From NCBI GenBank assembly GCA_049700215.1, contig JBNAVT010000033.1:1-17739 (forward strand): a stretch of 17,739 nt of DNA. Direction: 5' to 3'. The notes under the pieces are model-generated. The model saw only the letters and a list, made by a program, of their open reading frames with translations, ran no database searches and had not been told where the DNA came from. Source of the DNA: Thermoproteota archaeon. GTDB taxonomy: Archaea; Thermoproteota; EX4484-205; JAAOZP01. How positions within the stretch are numbered: the stretch's first letter is position 1; every line of letters begins with the position of its first letter. A program made the position numbers and the translations under genes. Positions 1 to 8,490 of the stretch are shown here, piece after piece.

Positions 1-54
1 GTTTGTTGCAGCGCATATGCATTCGTAAGCCATCGTGAGTCTACTCCTCGCAGA

Positions 55-222
55 CCCACCGAGGAGGGGGTTCTCATAAAGGGGAGGCCTTCTCCTGAGG
101 AGGTGATGAGTAGACTCGGGAGACATTTGGAGAGGATTAAGAGACTCGGGGTTTCCGGTCCAGGGTTGGGAGACCTTAGAAAAACCTATCTTGAAATAGA
201 GTTCGAGGAGAAGACGGGTTGA
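55..222 (+). pseudogene. AbrB/MazE-type (VapB) antitoxin, C-terminal part; N-terminal DNA-binding half apparently missing
   Basis: Frame 1 reads PTEEGVLIKGRPSPEEVMSRLGRHLERIKRLG...LEIEFEEKTG*. Its TGA (220-222) overlaps the TTG start of the PIN gene. PTEEGVLIK resembles the last beta-strand of an AbrB fold. The in-frame sequence from 1-54 (VCCSAYAFVSHRESTPRR) does not look AbrB-like. Confidence 0.6.
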
Positions 223-638
223 AGGTTTTCCTAGACTCCTGCTTCCTGATATACCTGAACACCATGACCAGTGAGAATAGGAAGCTTTTGGAAGAGCTTT
301 TCAAGAAACTGCTGGGCGAGCAGCTTTTCATTAACATGCTGGTTGTGGATGAAGTACTTTACGTATCTAGAAAGTATGGAGTCGCCTACGACGTTACGTT
401 GGACTTCCTAAGAAGTATTATACTGCCATACACAGAAGTATTGCCCATTGAAGAGGAAGACTTTAAACCCATTGAGAAACACCTTGTGAGCTACGATCTG
501 AAGCCCTCCGACGCCATACACTTGGCCACGATGGAGAAGGCAGGGGTAAGTAGCATAGTATCTGAAGACGAAGAATTTGACAAGGTTAAAGAGGTTAAGA
601 GAATCTGGCTTAACACCGACAGTGTTTTTGAGCAATGA
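219..638 (+). CDS. vapC: VapC-family PIN-domain toxin (ribonuclease)
   Basis: 139 aa with PIN motifs: VFLDSCFL (first Asp), VVDEV (Glu), LKPSDAIHLA (Asp), IVSEDEEFD (Asp). Start overlaps the upstream antitoxin stop. Confidence 0.9.
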   Translation: MKVFLDSCFLIYLNTMTSENRKLLEELFKKLLGEQLFINMLVVDEVLYVSRKYGVAYDVTLDFLRSIILPYTEVLPIEEEDFKPIEKHLVSYDLKPSDAIHLATMEKAGVSSIVSEDEEFDKVKEVKRIWLNTDSVFEQ

Positions 639-692
639 GGCGTGCGAACAAACTGGCATAGGGTGCTCAGAATCCGGTTTGCGGAGAGGTGT

Positions 693-702
693 GCGCGCGC
701 GC
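693..702. repeat. (GC)5 alternating tract, T1
   Basis: GTGT-GCGCGCGCGC-TTTATT; the minus strand reads ATA AAG CGC GCG CGC ACA. Confidence 0.95.
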
Positions 703-755
703 TTTATTATGTTTATTCCCTTGACGACTAAACCCGTAGGGGTTTCCAATTTCAT
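702..755 (-). pseudogene. Possible N-terminal stub (MKLETPTGLVVKGINIIK) of a gene downstream of pmbA, cut off at tract T1
   Basis: ATG lies 17 nt after the pmbA stop on the same strand. There are 18 protein-like codons, then RAR from the GC tract, then sequence running antisense into vapC. Confidence 0.35.
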
Positions 756-772
756 CCAGCCACTTTTATATC

Positions 773-2107
773 CTAACTGCTCACCCTCACATTTCTTATC
801 CTTATTTTCGGCGCGATCCTCCCCGCCTCGTTCCTAGTCCTCCTGCCGACAGCGTCTACAGATTGAAGAATTTGGAGAACTGTGCTTCCAACCATAGTGT
901 TTTTCACAGGGTGCTTTATTTCCCCGTTTTCAACAAGGAACCCGTGGTCAACGAGGCTTGAAACGTTTGTCGACCCCCCGACTGGGCCCAGCGAGCTGTC
1001 GTAAACATATATCCCCAGCTTCACGTCTTTGAAAAGCTCATCGTCCTCATAATCTCCTGGAGCCACCTGAAGATTAGTTAAGCTTGGCATAGGCTTCTCA
1101 GCTAAGCCAGGCCTAGCCGCATGCCCATTGTTCCCAATATTCAGAGCGTTAGCAGTGTAGGAGTCAGTAATATAGTTCGCTAAAATCCCTTTCTCAACAA
1201 GCTTAACCCTGCTGCACGGATAGCCCTCGTCGTCGAACGGTGACGAAGCCCAGCCGAAAGGATAGAGAGGATCATCCATAATGCTCAAGTGTTCGCTCGC
1301 AACCCTCTCACCCAGCCTGCCGGAGTAGTAGGAGGATTTTTGCAGGACGTAGAAAGCGTTTGCACCGTAGCCAACGATGCGCTCCAGCGTCCCCAGCGTC
1401 GTCCTCTCGTCGAGAATCAGAACGTACTCGCCGCTCCCAACCCTTCTGCCGCCAACGCTTTTAACAGCCTTCCTCGCCGCATTTTCCCCAACCTCTTCAA
1501 ACCTCAGACCCTTAATTGATCTAGTTAGAAAATAATCGTATCCCGTTCCGATTTCACCGCCACCCGCCTTTTTAAGAGCCTCAATGCCGAAGGAGAGCCT
1601 TGAAGCCTTCTGAGTCCTCTCAATCCCCAGAGAGTTCACGATGAAGCCTTCAGACACGCCTAGGCCAGCCCGGCCTGAAGCATCAAGCGTCCCGTCAACA
1701 TTCTTCAAGGACCGTACACCGTCTAAAACCTTCGACACAAGCTCCTCTGGAGACAATACCCCTATGGCCTCGTCATACAGCCCCTCAACCTCCGCAGGCC
1801 TCCCGTCCCCAGGAAGCGAGACGAACGCCTCATCCGGCGGCGTGCTCTTCGCCAAGGCTATCGCCCTCCTCACAGCCTTCTCAACCATGTCCTCATCCAG
1901 CGGCGTAGCGGTGGAAATCCCGATCGACTTACCCATGTAAACCCTTACGCCGAGGGACGAGGAAGAACCCTCGTCAACACTTTTAACGAAACACCTTTCC
2001 ACAGTCAGGCTGAGAGACCTCCCCACAAAAGCCACCACTTCAGCCTGGCTGGCGCCAAGGCTCTCGGCAAGCCTAACACCCTTTACGCATAATTCGAACG
2101 CACCCAT
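773..2107 (-). CDS. pmbA: TldE/PmbA-family protein (non-catalytic partner of the TldD metalloprotease)
   Basis: 444 aa with TldD/PmbA motifs (LGVRVY, DDP...SSPFDDEG, NNGHA, TNLQVAPG). No HExxxH motif. Its ATG directly abuts the tldD stop. Confidence 0.88.
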   Translation of the reverse strand: MGAFELCVKGVRLAESLGASQAEVVAFVGRSLSLTVERCFVKSVDEGSSSSLGVRVYMGKSIGISTATPLDEDMVEKAVRRAIALAKSTPPDEAFVSLPGDGRPAEVEGLYDEAIGVLSPEELVSKVLDGVRSLKNVDGTLDASGRAGLGVSEGFIVNSLGIERTQKASRLSFGIEALKKAGGGEIGTGYDYFLTRSIKGLRFEEVGENAARKAVKSVGGRRVGSGEYVLILDERTTLGTLERIVGYGANAFYVLQKSSYYSGRLGERVASEHLSIMDDPLYPFGWASSPFDDEGYPCSRVKLVEKGILANYITDSYTANALNIGNNGHAARPGLAEKPMPSLTNLQVAPGDYEDDELFKDVKLGIYVYDSSLGPVGGSTNVSSLVDHGFLVENGEIKHPVKNTMVGSTVLQILQSVDAVGRRTRNEAGRIAPKIRIRNVRVSS

Positions 2108-3499
2108 CTATCTTCTACCCCCGACGACTACATCCTTAACGGCGAGATGCGGCCCTCCTCCGGAAACTGGAACCATCTGCCCATCCTTTCCACAAGTTCC
2201 AGGGAAGGCGAGTTTCAAATCTTTTCCAACGCCTATCACGTTGTTCAGCACGTCCATAGTCAACCCGGACATTGACACGTTTTGAACCTTCTCACATATT
2301 TTCCCGTTTTCCACGATGTATCCCTCCTGAGCGGTGAAGTAGAACTGTCCTCTAGCGGGGTCAACGTATCCCCCGTAGGACTTCGCCAGGTATACGCCGT
2401 TCTTCACCATTTCAGCCAGCTCCTCAAGGCTGTATTCACCGTTTTCAACGAAAGTGTTGCTCATCCTAACTATGGGTTTGCTTGAAAAGTTCATCGCCCT
2501 AGCAGCCCCGTTCGGCTTAGCGTCTAGATGGGCAGCAGTCTCCAGGGAGTGGAGGTAACCGACTAGAACGCCGTTCCTAACTATTTCCCTCCTCTCAGCC
2601 TTCGTGCCCTCCGAGTCGTAAGGGTATGAGCCCCTCATCCCTAGAATAGTCGGGTCGTCGACAACGCTAATGTTTTCCTCCCCCACCTTTTTACCGATTA
2701 ACCCTGAGAGGATTGACCTGTTAGCCATAACAGCGTCAGCCTCAGCAGCATGCCCGAAAGCCTCGTGGATAAACACGCCCACCAGACTCTGATCCATCAG
2801 AATGTTCATCCTCCCGCTTGGCGGAGGGAGGGCTTTAAGGAGCTCCATCCCCCTCTCCCCCAGTTCCGAACCCTCCTTCACAGGGTCAAACTCCTCCACC
2901 AGCTCCCAACCATTGCTGCCGCCTACTGCTGTGCTCACGTTTTGAACAAGGTCGCCCTCCTTAGCAACCGCTGAGCCGGAGAGCCTTACGCTGCAAACCT
3001 CGTACCTGACCTCCGTACCGTAACTGTTCACAACATACTCCTTCTTCACACTGTCGGAGAGGCCTACTGAAGTCGTGACTATTCCATCATTATCCTTCCA
3101 TATGAACTCGTCAAACTCGAGGGCGAACCTCACTTTCTCCTCGAGTGAGACATCCCTAGGGTCGATCTTCACTTTTAAACGGACATCATCCTCATATGTT
3201 TTCTCAACCCTAATCCTTGACTTTTCAGCAATGTTACGCGAAACCGCCTTAGCTGCCCTATATGCTTTCTCTAAAGCAGCAGTTATCCCTTGAACAGAGA
3301 GGTCAGTAGTATAGTAGAAACCCCAGCCGCCGTTGAACAGGACTCTCGCAGACCCGCCGATACTCGTGCTATGGGAAACTTCTTCAACAACTCCCTTTCT
3401 AATCGAGATGAATGTAGACTCCACCTCGGTTATCCTGAAGTCTGCAAAACCCTCGCTCCCAAGCTCCAGAAACCCGAATAGTCTTCCAGTTTCACTCAA
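2108..3499 (-). CDS. tldD: TldD-family metalloprotease
   Basis: 463 aa with HEAFGH zinc motif, YDSEG, RMSNT and C-terminal CGKDGQ.VPV..GGP. Confidence 0.93.
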   Translation of the reverse strand: MSETGRLFGFLELGSEGFADFRITEVESTFISIRKGVVEEVSHSTSIGGSARVLFNGGWGFYYTTDLSVQGITAALEKAYRAAKAVSRNIAEKSRIRVEKTYEDDVRLKVKIDPRDVSLEEKVRFALEFDEFIWKDNDGIVTTSVGLSDSVKKEYVVNSYGTEVRYEVCSVRLSGSAVAKEGDLVQNVSTAVGGSNGWELVEEFDPVKEGSELGERGMELLKALPPPSGRMNILMDQSLVGVFIHEAFGHAAEADAVMANRSILSGLIGKKVGEENISVVDDPTILGMRGSYPYDSEGTKAERREIVRNGVLVGYLHSLETAAHLDAKPNGAARAMNFSSKPIVRMSNTFVENGEYSLEELAEMVKNGVYLAKSYGGYVDPARGQFYFTAQEGYIVENGKICEKVQNVSMSGLTMDVLNNVIGVGKDLKLAFPGTCGKDGQMVPVSGGGPHLAVKDVVVGGRR

Positions 3500-3519
3500 T
3501 GTGGCTTATGCGATGTTTA

Positions 3520-3582
3520 ACACTTTTATAACCTTTACCTCTTTTACCGGCTAACACAGAACACCATAAGCCTTAATATTGT
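3520..3582. promoter_or_regulatory. Divergent archaeal promoters for tldD (-) and malic enzyme (+)
   Basis: Minus-strand TTATAAAA at 3524-3531 lies about 25-32 nt from the tldD TTG. Plus-strand TTAATAT at about 3573-3579 lies upstream of ATG 3601. Confidence 0.55.
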
Positions 3583-3600
3583 AGAAGCTTTTCAACAATC

Positions 3601-4802
3601 ATGATTGAAGACAAGGCTGTTGAACTCCACAGGAAGTATGGGGGCAAGATCCAGGTTATTCCGAAGGTTCCGATAAAAAACTTTGAAGACTTCGCAACAT
3701 GGTATACTCCTGGAGTCGCCTCCCCCTGTAGGCTAATATCCTTGAACAAGGATCTTTCTCTCGAGTTAACATCGAGATGGAACCTTGTGGCAGTGGTTAG
3801 TGATGGTAGTAGGGTGCTTGGCTTAGGGAACATTGGCCCGTACGCTAGCTACCCAGTTATGGAGGGAAAGTGCCTCCTATTCAAGTTTCTAGGCGGGGTT
3901 GACGCTGTCCCGATAACACTGGATACGCAAGACGCGGGGAAGATAGTGGAGACGGTTAGGCTTATTTCACCCTCCTTCGGCGGAATAAATCTGGAGGATA
4001 TAGAAAGCCCAAAGTGTTTCAACATACTTGAAAGCCTTCAAAACTCTCTGGAGATACCTGTTTGGCACGACGATCAGCAGGGAACCTCGCTAGTCGTATT
4101 AGCAGCCTTGATAAACTCGCTTAAAATCGTTGGAAAGAAGCTGGAAGAAGCTAGGATCACGATAATCGGCTCAGGAGCCGCTGGAATGGCGACTGCGAGA
4201 CTGCTCATGGAGGCGGGGGGTGAGCGGGGGGAACATGCTGATCGTCGACAGTAGAGGGATTTTAAGCTCTACAAGGCCCGATATGGAGAAACTATCGTCG
4301 GCGAACCCTTGGAAGGCTGCTAGCGAGGAGAACCAACCCGGGAAACATGGAGGGAAATGCTGAAGACGCTGTAAAAGGCGCTGACGTCTTAATCGCGTTA
4401 TCAGTTCCGAAGCCGGGTACCGTTAAAAAAGAATGGATAGGCAAGATGTCTGAAGACCCTATAGTCTTTGCCCTGGCAAACCCTCTGCCTGAAATATGGC
4501 CGGAGGACGCTAAGGCTGGAGGCGCTAGAATCGTTGCAACAGGCAGGAGCGATTTTCCAAACCAGGTTAACAACAGCCTAGCCTTCCCATCAGTATTCAG
4601 AGGCGTGTTGACGGTGAGGGCGAGGACAATAACCAACGAGCTTTGCATCGAGGGCGCTAGGTCCCTTGCCCGCTATGCTGAAAACAGGGGGTTAAGCGAG
4701 AACAACATATTGCCGACTATGGATGACTACATGGCCTATGTTGAAGCAGCCCAAAGCATCGCGAAGAAAGCGGTTGAACTAAACTTGGCTAGGAGAAAAT
4801 AG
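3601..4802 (+). pseudogene. NAD(P)-dependent malic enzyme, two frameshifts and probable C-terminal truncation
   Basis: Motifs YTPGVA, DGSRVLGLGNIG, VMEGK, NLEDI, HDDQQGT, GSGAAG, FALANP, ATGRSDFPNQVNNSLAFP. There is a +1 shift in the G6 runs at 4215-4231, after which the frame reads NMLIVDSRGIL...NPWK. A second shift at about 4316 gives LLARRTNPGNMEG. The gene ends at a TAG that begins tract T2. Confidence 0.85.
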
Positions 4803-4811
4803 CGCGCGCGC
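4802..4811. repeat. (GC)5 alternating tract, T2
   Basis: AAA TAG CGC GCG CGC ATA AGC CTG. Confidence 0.95.
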
Positions 4812-5189
4812 ATAAGCCTGTTGAGGAAGCAAGGTATCAATCTGCTGGTGGACGTCCGCAGATTCCCTACCTCCAGAGTTAAGCATTTTCGAAAGGAGAA
4901 CCTGGAGAAATGGCTTCGCGAAGAAGGTGTTGAATACCTGTGGCTTGGAGAGGAGCTCGGAGGCTACCGTAGGGGAGGGTATGAGAAACACATGGAGACA
5001 AGCCTTTTTAAAAAAGGTGTTGAAAGACTTCTATGTTTGGCGAGAGACAGAAGAGTATGCATAATGTGTCTGGAAACGGACCCGAAATATTGCCACAGGA
5101 GGTTTATTGCAAGATATTTAAGAAAGAGGGGTGTCAGAGTGCGGCATATAGTTAAGTGTTCGAAATCCAAAGAGAATGGCGATTCTTGA
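4812..5189 (+). pseudogene. DUF488-family protein lacking its N-terminus
   Basis: ISLLRKQGINLLVDVRRFPTS...LGGYR...CIMCLETDPKYCHRRFIA matches DUF488 motifs (DVRxxP, LGG, C.E...CHR). The usual N-terminal IYTIGHS strand and a proper start or promoter are absent; tract T2 stands in their place. Confidence 0.78.
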
Positions 5190-5225
5190 TTTCTAGACGT
5201 GAAACCGGCTACTCTAGCAATCCAG

Positions 5226-6017
5226 TCACAGTTCGACCGTAAGCCCGTCATAAGCAGCCTCGACATTCATCGGTTTAAACCTATCCACTAGTTCCTCGTG
5301 CAGTAAGCCACCGTTGTGCGAAAAATGCGTGGCTACGAAAATCGTCTCGCTGCCCGCAATCCTCCTTCTCAACATTTCTTCCCTAACCCGTAGAACGCCG
5401 TCTACACCCATGTGATACCTGATTTCAGGCAGAGCGCCGTTCCTACAGTCTAGAACCACCAGATCCAGCCTGAAACCCTTGAGAAACCGCCACGTGTCTT
5501 CCGGAAACCATCCGGAGTCATGCCCGTGCAGCATTGTCTTTCCCCGGTCTGACACTAGGTAGATTAAGCACTGCTAGCGCGCGCGCTATCCTCCAGCCCT
5601 GAACTCTTTAAAAGGCCCGACAATATGGGCCTCCACCACGCTCTTCAACCTCCCATTAGTCAAAGAGTCCAACTCCTGAATCCTATCGTAGACAGCCTTG
5701 TTCCCGTAGACGTGGAGAACACGCTCGTTTAAAAGCTTCGCGAAGGGTTTTGACCTCATGTAGAGTTCTTCAAAATAGAAATGATCCTTGTGGGTGACAA
5801 GCAGGTTCTCAACAGAGGCCAGCTCAATCCCATGCTTAAGAACATGGTGGGGCGTGTCGGGTGGGAAGTCTATCTTCAAATCAGCGTTTACCAGTATCGA
5901 CGACCTTGTCCTAACGTTTTTACCTCCAGCAACTCTGGCTCTCCTACAGTTTGCACACTGGCAAAACACTGCCGGCCATCCCTCGGCCGCGGCTGTACCC
6001 AGGAACATAACCCTCAT
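5226..6017 (-). pseudogene. PhnP-like metallo-beta-lactamase-fold hydrolase, interrupted
   Basis: FLGTAAAEG.P..FCQCANC, RTRSS, HDSG and ATHFSH motifs. The two ORFs (5586-6017 and 5226-5555) are in the same frame, separated by TAG-CGC-GCG-CGC-TAG. The HxHxDH motif is shortened to THKDH. Confidence 0.85.
5575..5588. repeat. Perfect 14-bp palindrome TAGCGCGCGCGCTA containing (GC)5, T3
   Basis: Read directly from the sequence; lies inside the PhnP-like gene. Confidence 0.95.
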
Positions 6018-6032
6018 GTTTCATCGCTCCAA

Positions 6033-6068
6033 TTGACGATAACCATCTATTTATAGGCTTACCGTCAA
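6033..6068 (-). promoter_or_regulatory. TATA box of the PhnP-like gene flanked by an inverted repeat
   Basis: Minus-strand TATAAATA at 6048-6055. Arms TTGACGATAA (6033-6042) and TTACCGTCAA (6059-6068) pair at 9 of 10 positions. Confidence 0.5.
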
Positions 6069-6145
6069 ACATGCTATTGTAGACCACGAAAATCCCTAGG
6101 GGAAACACCGTGGATGAGAAGATTACGAGAGGGCTGAACAGGGGT

Positions 6146-7585
6146 TTAAGCCGTTTCCGAGATTTTTTCGTGAGACAGAACTTTCAACTCGTAAGCCCAC
6201 TTATCGTAGTACAGGTTACCCCCTCTCCACTCAACTTCCCCGCGTTGATTATCCACAGTATCCGACCTGAAGTGTTCTTTAGGAGGAGTAAGGTTGACAG
6301 ACAGACCTGTGTTAACTACAAGCCTATAGTGATCGATGTTTCCGAAGTAGAACCGGTGGTACTTCTCAACCTTCTTCCAATGGCCGCCGAAAGACGGGTC
6401 CACGTATAGCCAGCCGTAGGGCTCAACGTAGAACTGAGCCCAGTCATGGGGGCTCGGTCTAATAGGGTTGAGATACCATCCTGACTGCCATCTGGCTGGA
6501 ACCCCGCTTATCCTGCACAGGGTTATGAAGAGCAGGGCTTGGACACCGCAGTCCCCTCTAAGGTTTCTAGCAGCATAATCACTGATACACTCGATCGTCG
6601 AGTACTCCGGCACCAGCGCGTAGCTAACGTTTTCCGTTATCCACCTGTATATGCGCCAAGCCTTAAGATAAGGGTTGGGCTCGCCGGAGACAAGCTCCTC
6701 CGCAAGCCTCCTGAGGTAGGGCGTGAAAACTATATGGGGTGGAAACTCGGAGGTGAACCTCCTGTAGGACTCGTCCTCAACATACTGGCTTACCCTGTCA
6801 GGATCTATCTCGACGTAAGCAGCGTTCACCACATATTCGTATTCAACACTGAATTCAAGCGTCTCACCCTTAACGGACTCCCCCTCGAAGTATACTGTCC
6901 TCTGGGAAGCATCATCCGGAGCGAGAACATGCTTCTCAGGCATGGTTGATACGAGTCTAACGAATGGTTGCAACTGGTTTCTTTGAGGAAAAGGAATCCA
7001 GGCTCTTACGGTCTCGCCATCCGGAACAGCGTCAGGCTTAACCCTTAACAACATCAACACTCTGTTTCTAACCGGCTCAACACGCACGGTGCCTGAGGCC
7101 AACCCTTTCTGCATCACGGTGTCTAAGTGTTCACACAGCATGCCGGTGATACCGGTGTCTTCCCTCGTCCTGAGCCTGCTTCTGACCTCCGTCCTCTCCC
7201 TCAAGAAATTAGGCAGAAAATTCCTGAAGACCCTTGCCTCCCCCTCTATCTCCATATGCTCTACGAGGCCTTTCTCAAACCACTCGTTGAACTCGCTCAG
7301 AGTTAAATCCGGAATCTGCTCCCTAAGCAATTTGAAAGCTTCCTCCCTATTAAGACAATAGTCCCACTCAACCCTCTTAATCCTCTCCAACTCCCATTCC
7401 AACCTGGATTGAAGAACCCTTGGGAGGCTCCTCCCCTCAGCTAGGAAACGCTTTATCGCGCCTACAGCCTCTTGAAACAAGCCTTTTTCCTCAAGGCGGC
7501 GAACCCCGTCGGGTAGACCGGCCACTAGGAAACCCGTATGCAGGTCACCAGCATCCGGCAAGCCTGTCCAATCATCAGCAAACAC
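6146..7585 (-). CDS. Transglutaminase-like (Cys-His-Asp) domain protein
   Basis: 479 aa with GDCGVQALLFITLCRISGVPAR (catalytic Cys) and HDWAQFYVEPYGWLYVDPS (His, Asp). No signal peptide evident. Confidence 0.88.
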   Translation of the reverse strand: MFADDWTGLPDAGDLHTGFLVAGLPDGVRRLEEKGLFQEAVGAIKRFLAEGRSLPRVLQSRLEWELERIKRVEWDYCLNREEAFKLLREQIPDLTLSEFNEWFEKGLVEHMEIEGEARVFRNFLPNFLRERTEVRSRLRTREDTGITGMLCEHLDTVMQKGLASGTVRVEPVRNRVLMLLRVKPDAVPDGETVRAWIPFPQRNQLQPFVRLVSTMPEKHVLAPDDASQRTVYFEGESVKGETLEFSVEYEYVVNAAYVEIDPDRVSQYVEDESYRRFTSEFPPHIVFTPYLRRLAEELVSGEPNPYLKAWRIYRWITENVSYALVPEYSTIECISDYAARNLRGDCGVQALLFITLCRISGVPARWQSGWYLNPIRPSPHDWAQFYVEPYGWLYVDPSFGGHWKKVEKYHRFYFGNIDHYRLVVNTGLSVNLTPPKEHFRSDTVDNQRGEVEWRGGNLYYDKWAYELKVLSHEKISETA

Positions 7586-7594
7586 CTATTTAGG

Positions 7595-7640
7595 CATTAA
7601 TTCGGCAAGCGTAAATTCTTATTTACAGCCAGGATTAATG
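7595..7640. promoter_or_regulatory. Near-symmetric bidirectional promoter region
   Basis: Nested inverted repeats CATTAAT/ATTAATG and GTAAAT-TCTT-ATTTAC, centred in a 65-bp divergent intergenic gap. Confidence 0.45.
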
Positions 7641-7650
7641 AAGGGAAAAC

Positions 7651-8490
7651 ATGTGTAGGAATGGAGAGACACTCTTTCCCTGCCCCCAGGAGAAAATACC
7701 CCACTACACAGCCTACCGCGTCGACGAGCCCATTCGGGTCGACGGTTTTCTAGACGAGGCTTGCTGGCAAAAGGCTCCCCGCTCCCCCCGGTTTGTCGAC
7801 CTTGTGAGCGGGCGGCCGACGCTATACGATACGTATGCGGCAGTACTCTGGGATGATGAAAACCTGTACGTGGGCTTCTGGGTTGAGGAACCCCTAGTAG
7901 TCGCCACTCTTACGGAGCGGGACTCCCCGATCTACGAGGATAATGACGTGGAGTTCTTCATCGCCGGCAGAGATGCCTACTATGAGTTTGAGATAAACGC
8001 ACTCGGAACCCTCTACGAGGTTCTCTTCATATGGGAGGATGCTTACGAGAAATCCGGCTACAGTAGGCTCCCCGAGTTTCAAAAAGGCCTTCCGGGGGTA
8101 AGGCTGTTTCCAGGAGTGGGTTTCAGAAACCATCCCCGGGGGATGCGCATAGGATTCTGGAACTGGGATTTCCCCGGGCTTAAGAGCGGTGTTCACGTCG
8201 ACGGTACTCTCAACAATAATCAGGACCGGGATAGGGGCTGGACTGTCGAGTTAGCCTTCCCCTGGAAGGGGATGAGAGTGCTTGCTATGCCCGACAACCG
8301 GGCGCTGCCTCCTAAGGATGGAGAAACCTGGCGCATGAACTTCTTCCGCTTCAACCAGTATAGGGAGGCGCCTCCAGCACAGGACTCTGGCGGCTGGGCC
8401 TGGAGTCCTCACTACGTATGGGACTCGCATGTGCCCGAGTGCTACCCTTTCATACATTTCTCGTCTAAGCCGGTGGATGAGGCCGGGTAG
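7651..8490 (+). CDS. Stand-alone carbohydrate-binding family 9-like (DOMON-like) protein
   Basis: 279 aa with IRVDGFLDEACW, LWDDENLYVGF, DNDVEFFI, YYEFEINALG, GWTVELAFPW and WRMNFFR, typical of CBM9-like domains. No signal peptide. Confidence 0.82.
   Translation: MCRNGETLFPCPQEKIPHYTAYRVDEPIRVDGFLDEACWQKAPRSPRFVDLVSGRPTLYDTYAAVLWDDENLYVGFWVEEPLVVATLTERDSPIYEDNDVEFFIAGRDAYYEFEINALGTLYEVLFIWEDAYEKSGYSRLPEFQKGLPGVRLFPGVGFRNHPRGMRIGFWNWDFPGLKSGVHVDGTLNNNQDRDRGWTVELAFPWKGMRVLAMPDNRALPPKDGETWRMNFFRFNQYREAPPAQDSGGWAWSPHYVWDSHVPECYPFIHFSSKPVDEAG

Noticed and set aside
112-150. Direct repeat AGACTCGGG (112-120, 142-150)
   Set aside because: Only two short copies, both encoding RLG in frame. Not a CRISPR array or a target-site duplication.
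219-3499. Functional link between TldD/PmbA and the VapBC module, by analogy to CcdA processing
   Set aside because: The loci are convergent and separated by a probable deletion junction (T1), so adjacency is likely secondary.
4215-4320. Programmed frameshifting in the malic enzyme gene
   Set aside because: There are two separate shifts, no known recoding in this family and no canonical slippery heptamer. Decay or sequencing error is simpler.
5574-5588. Pyrrolysine or amber read-through joining the two PhnP-like halves
   Set aside because: It would need two TAG read-throughs, and the product would still lack two metal-binding His positions.
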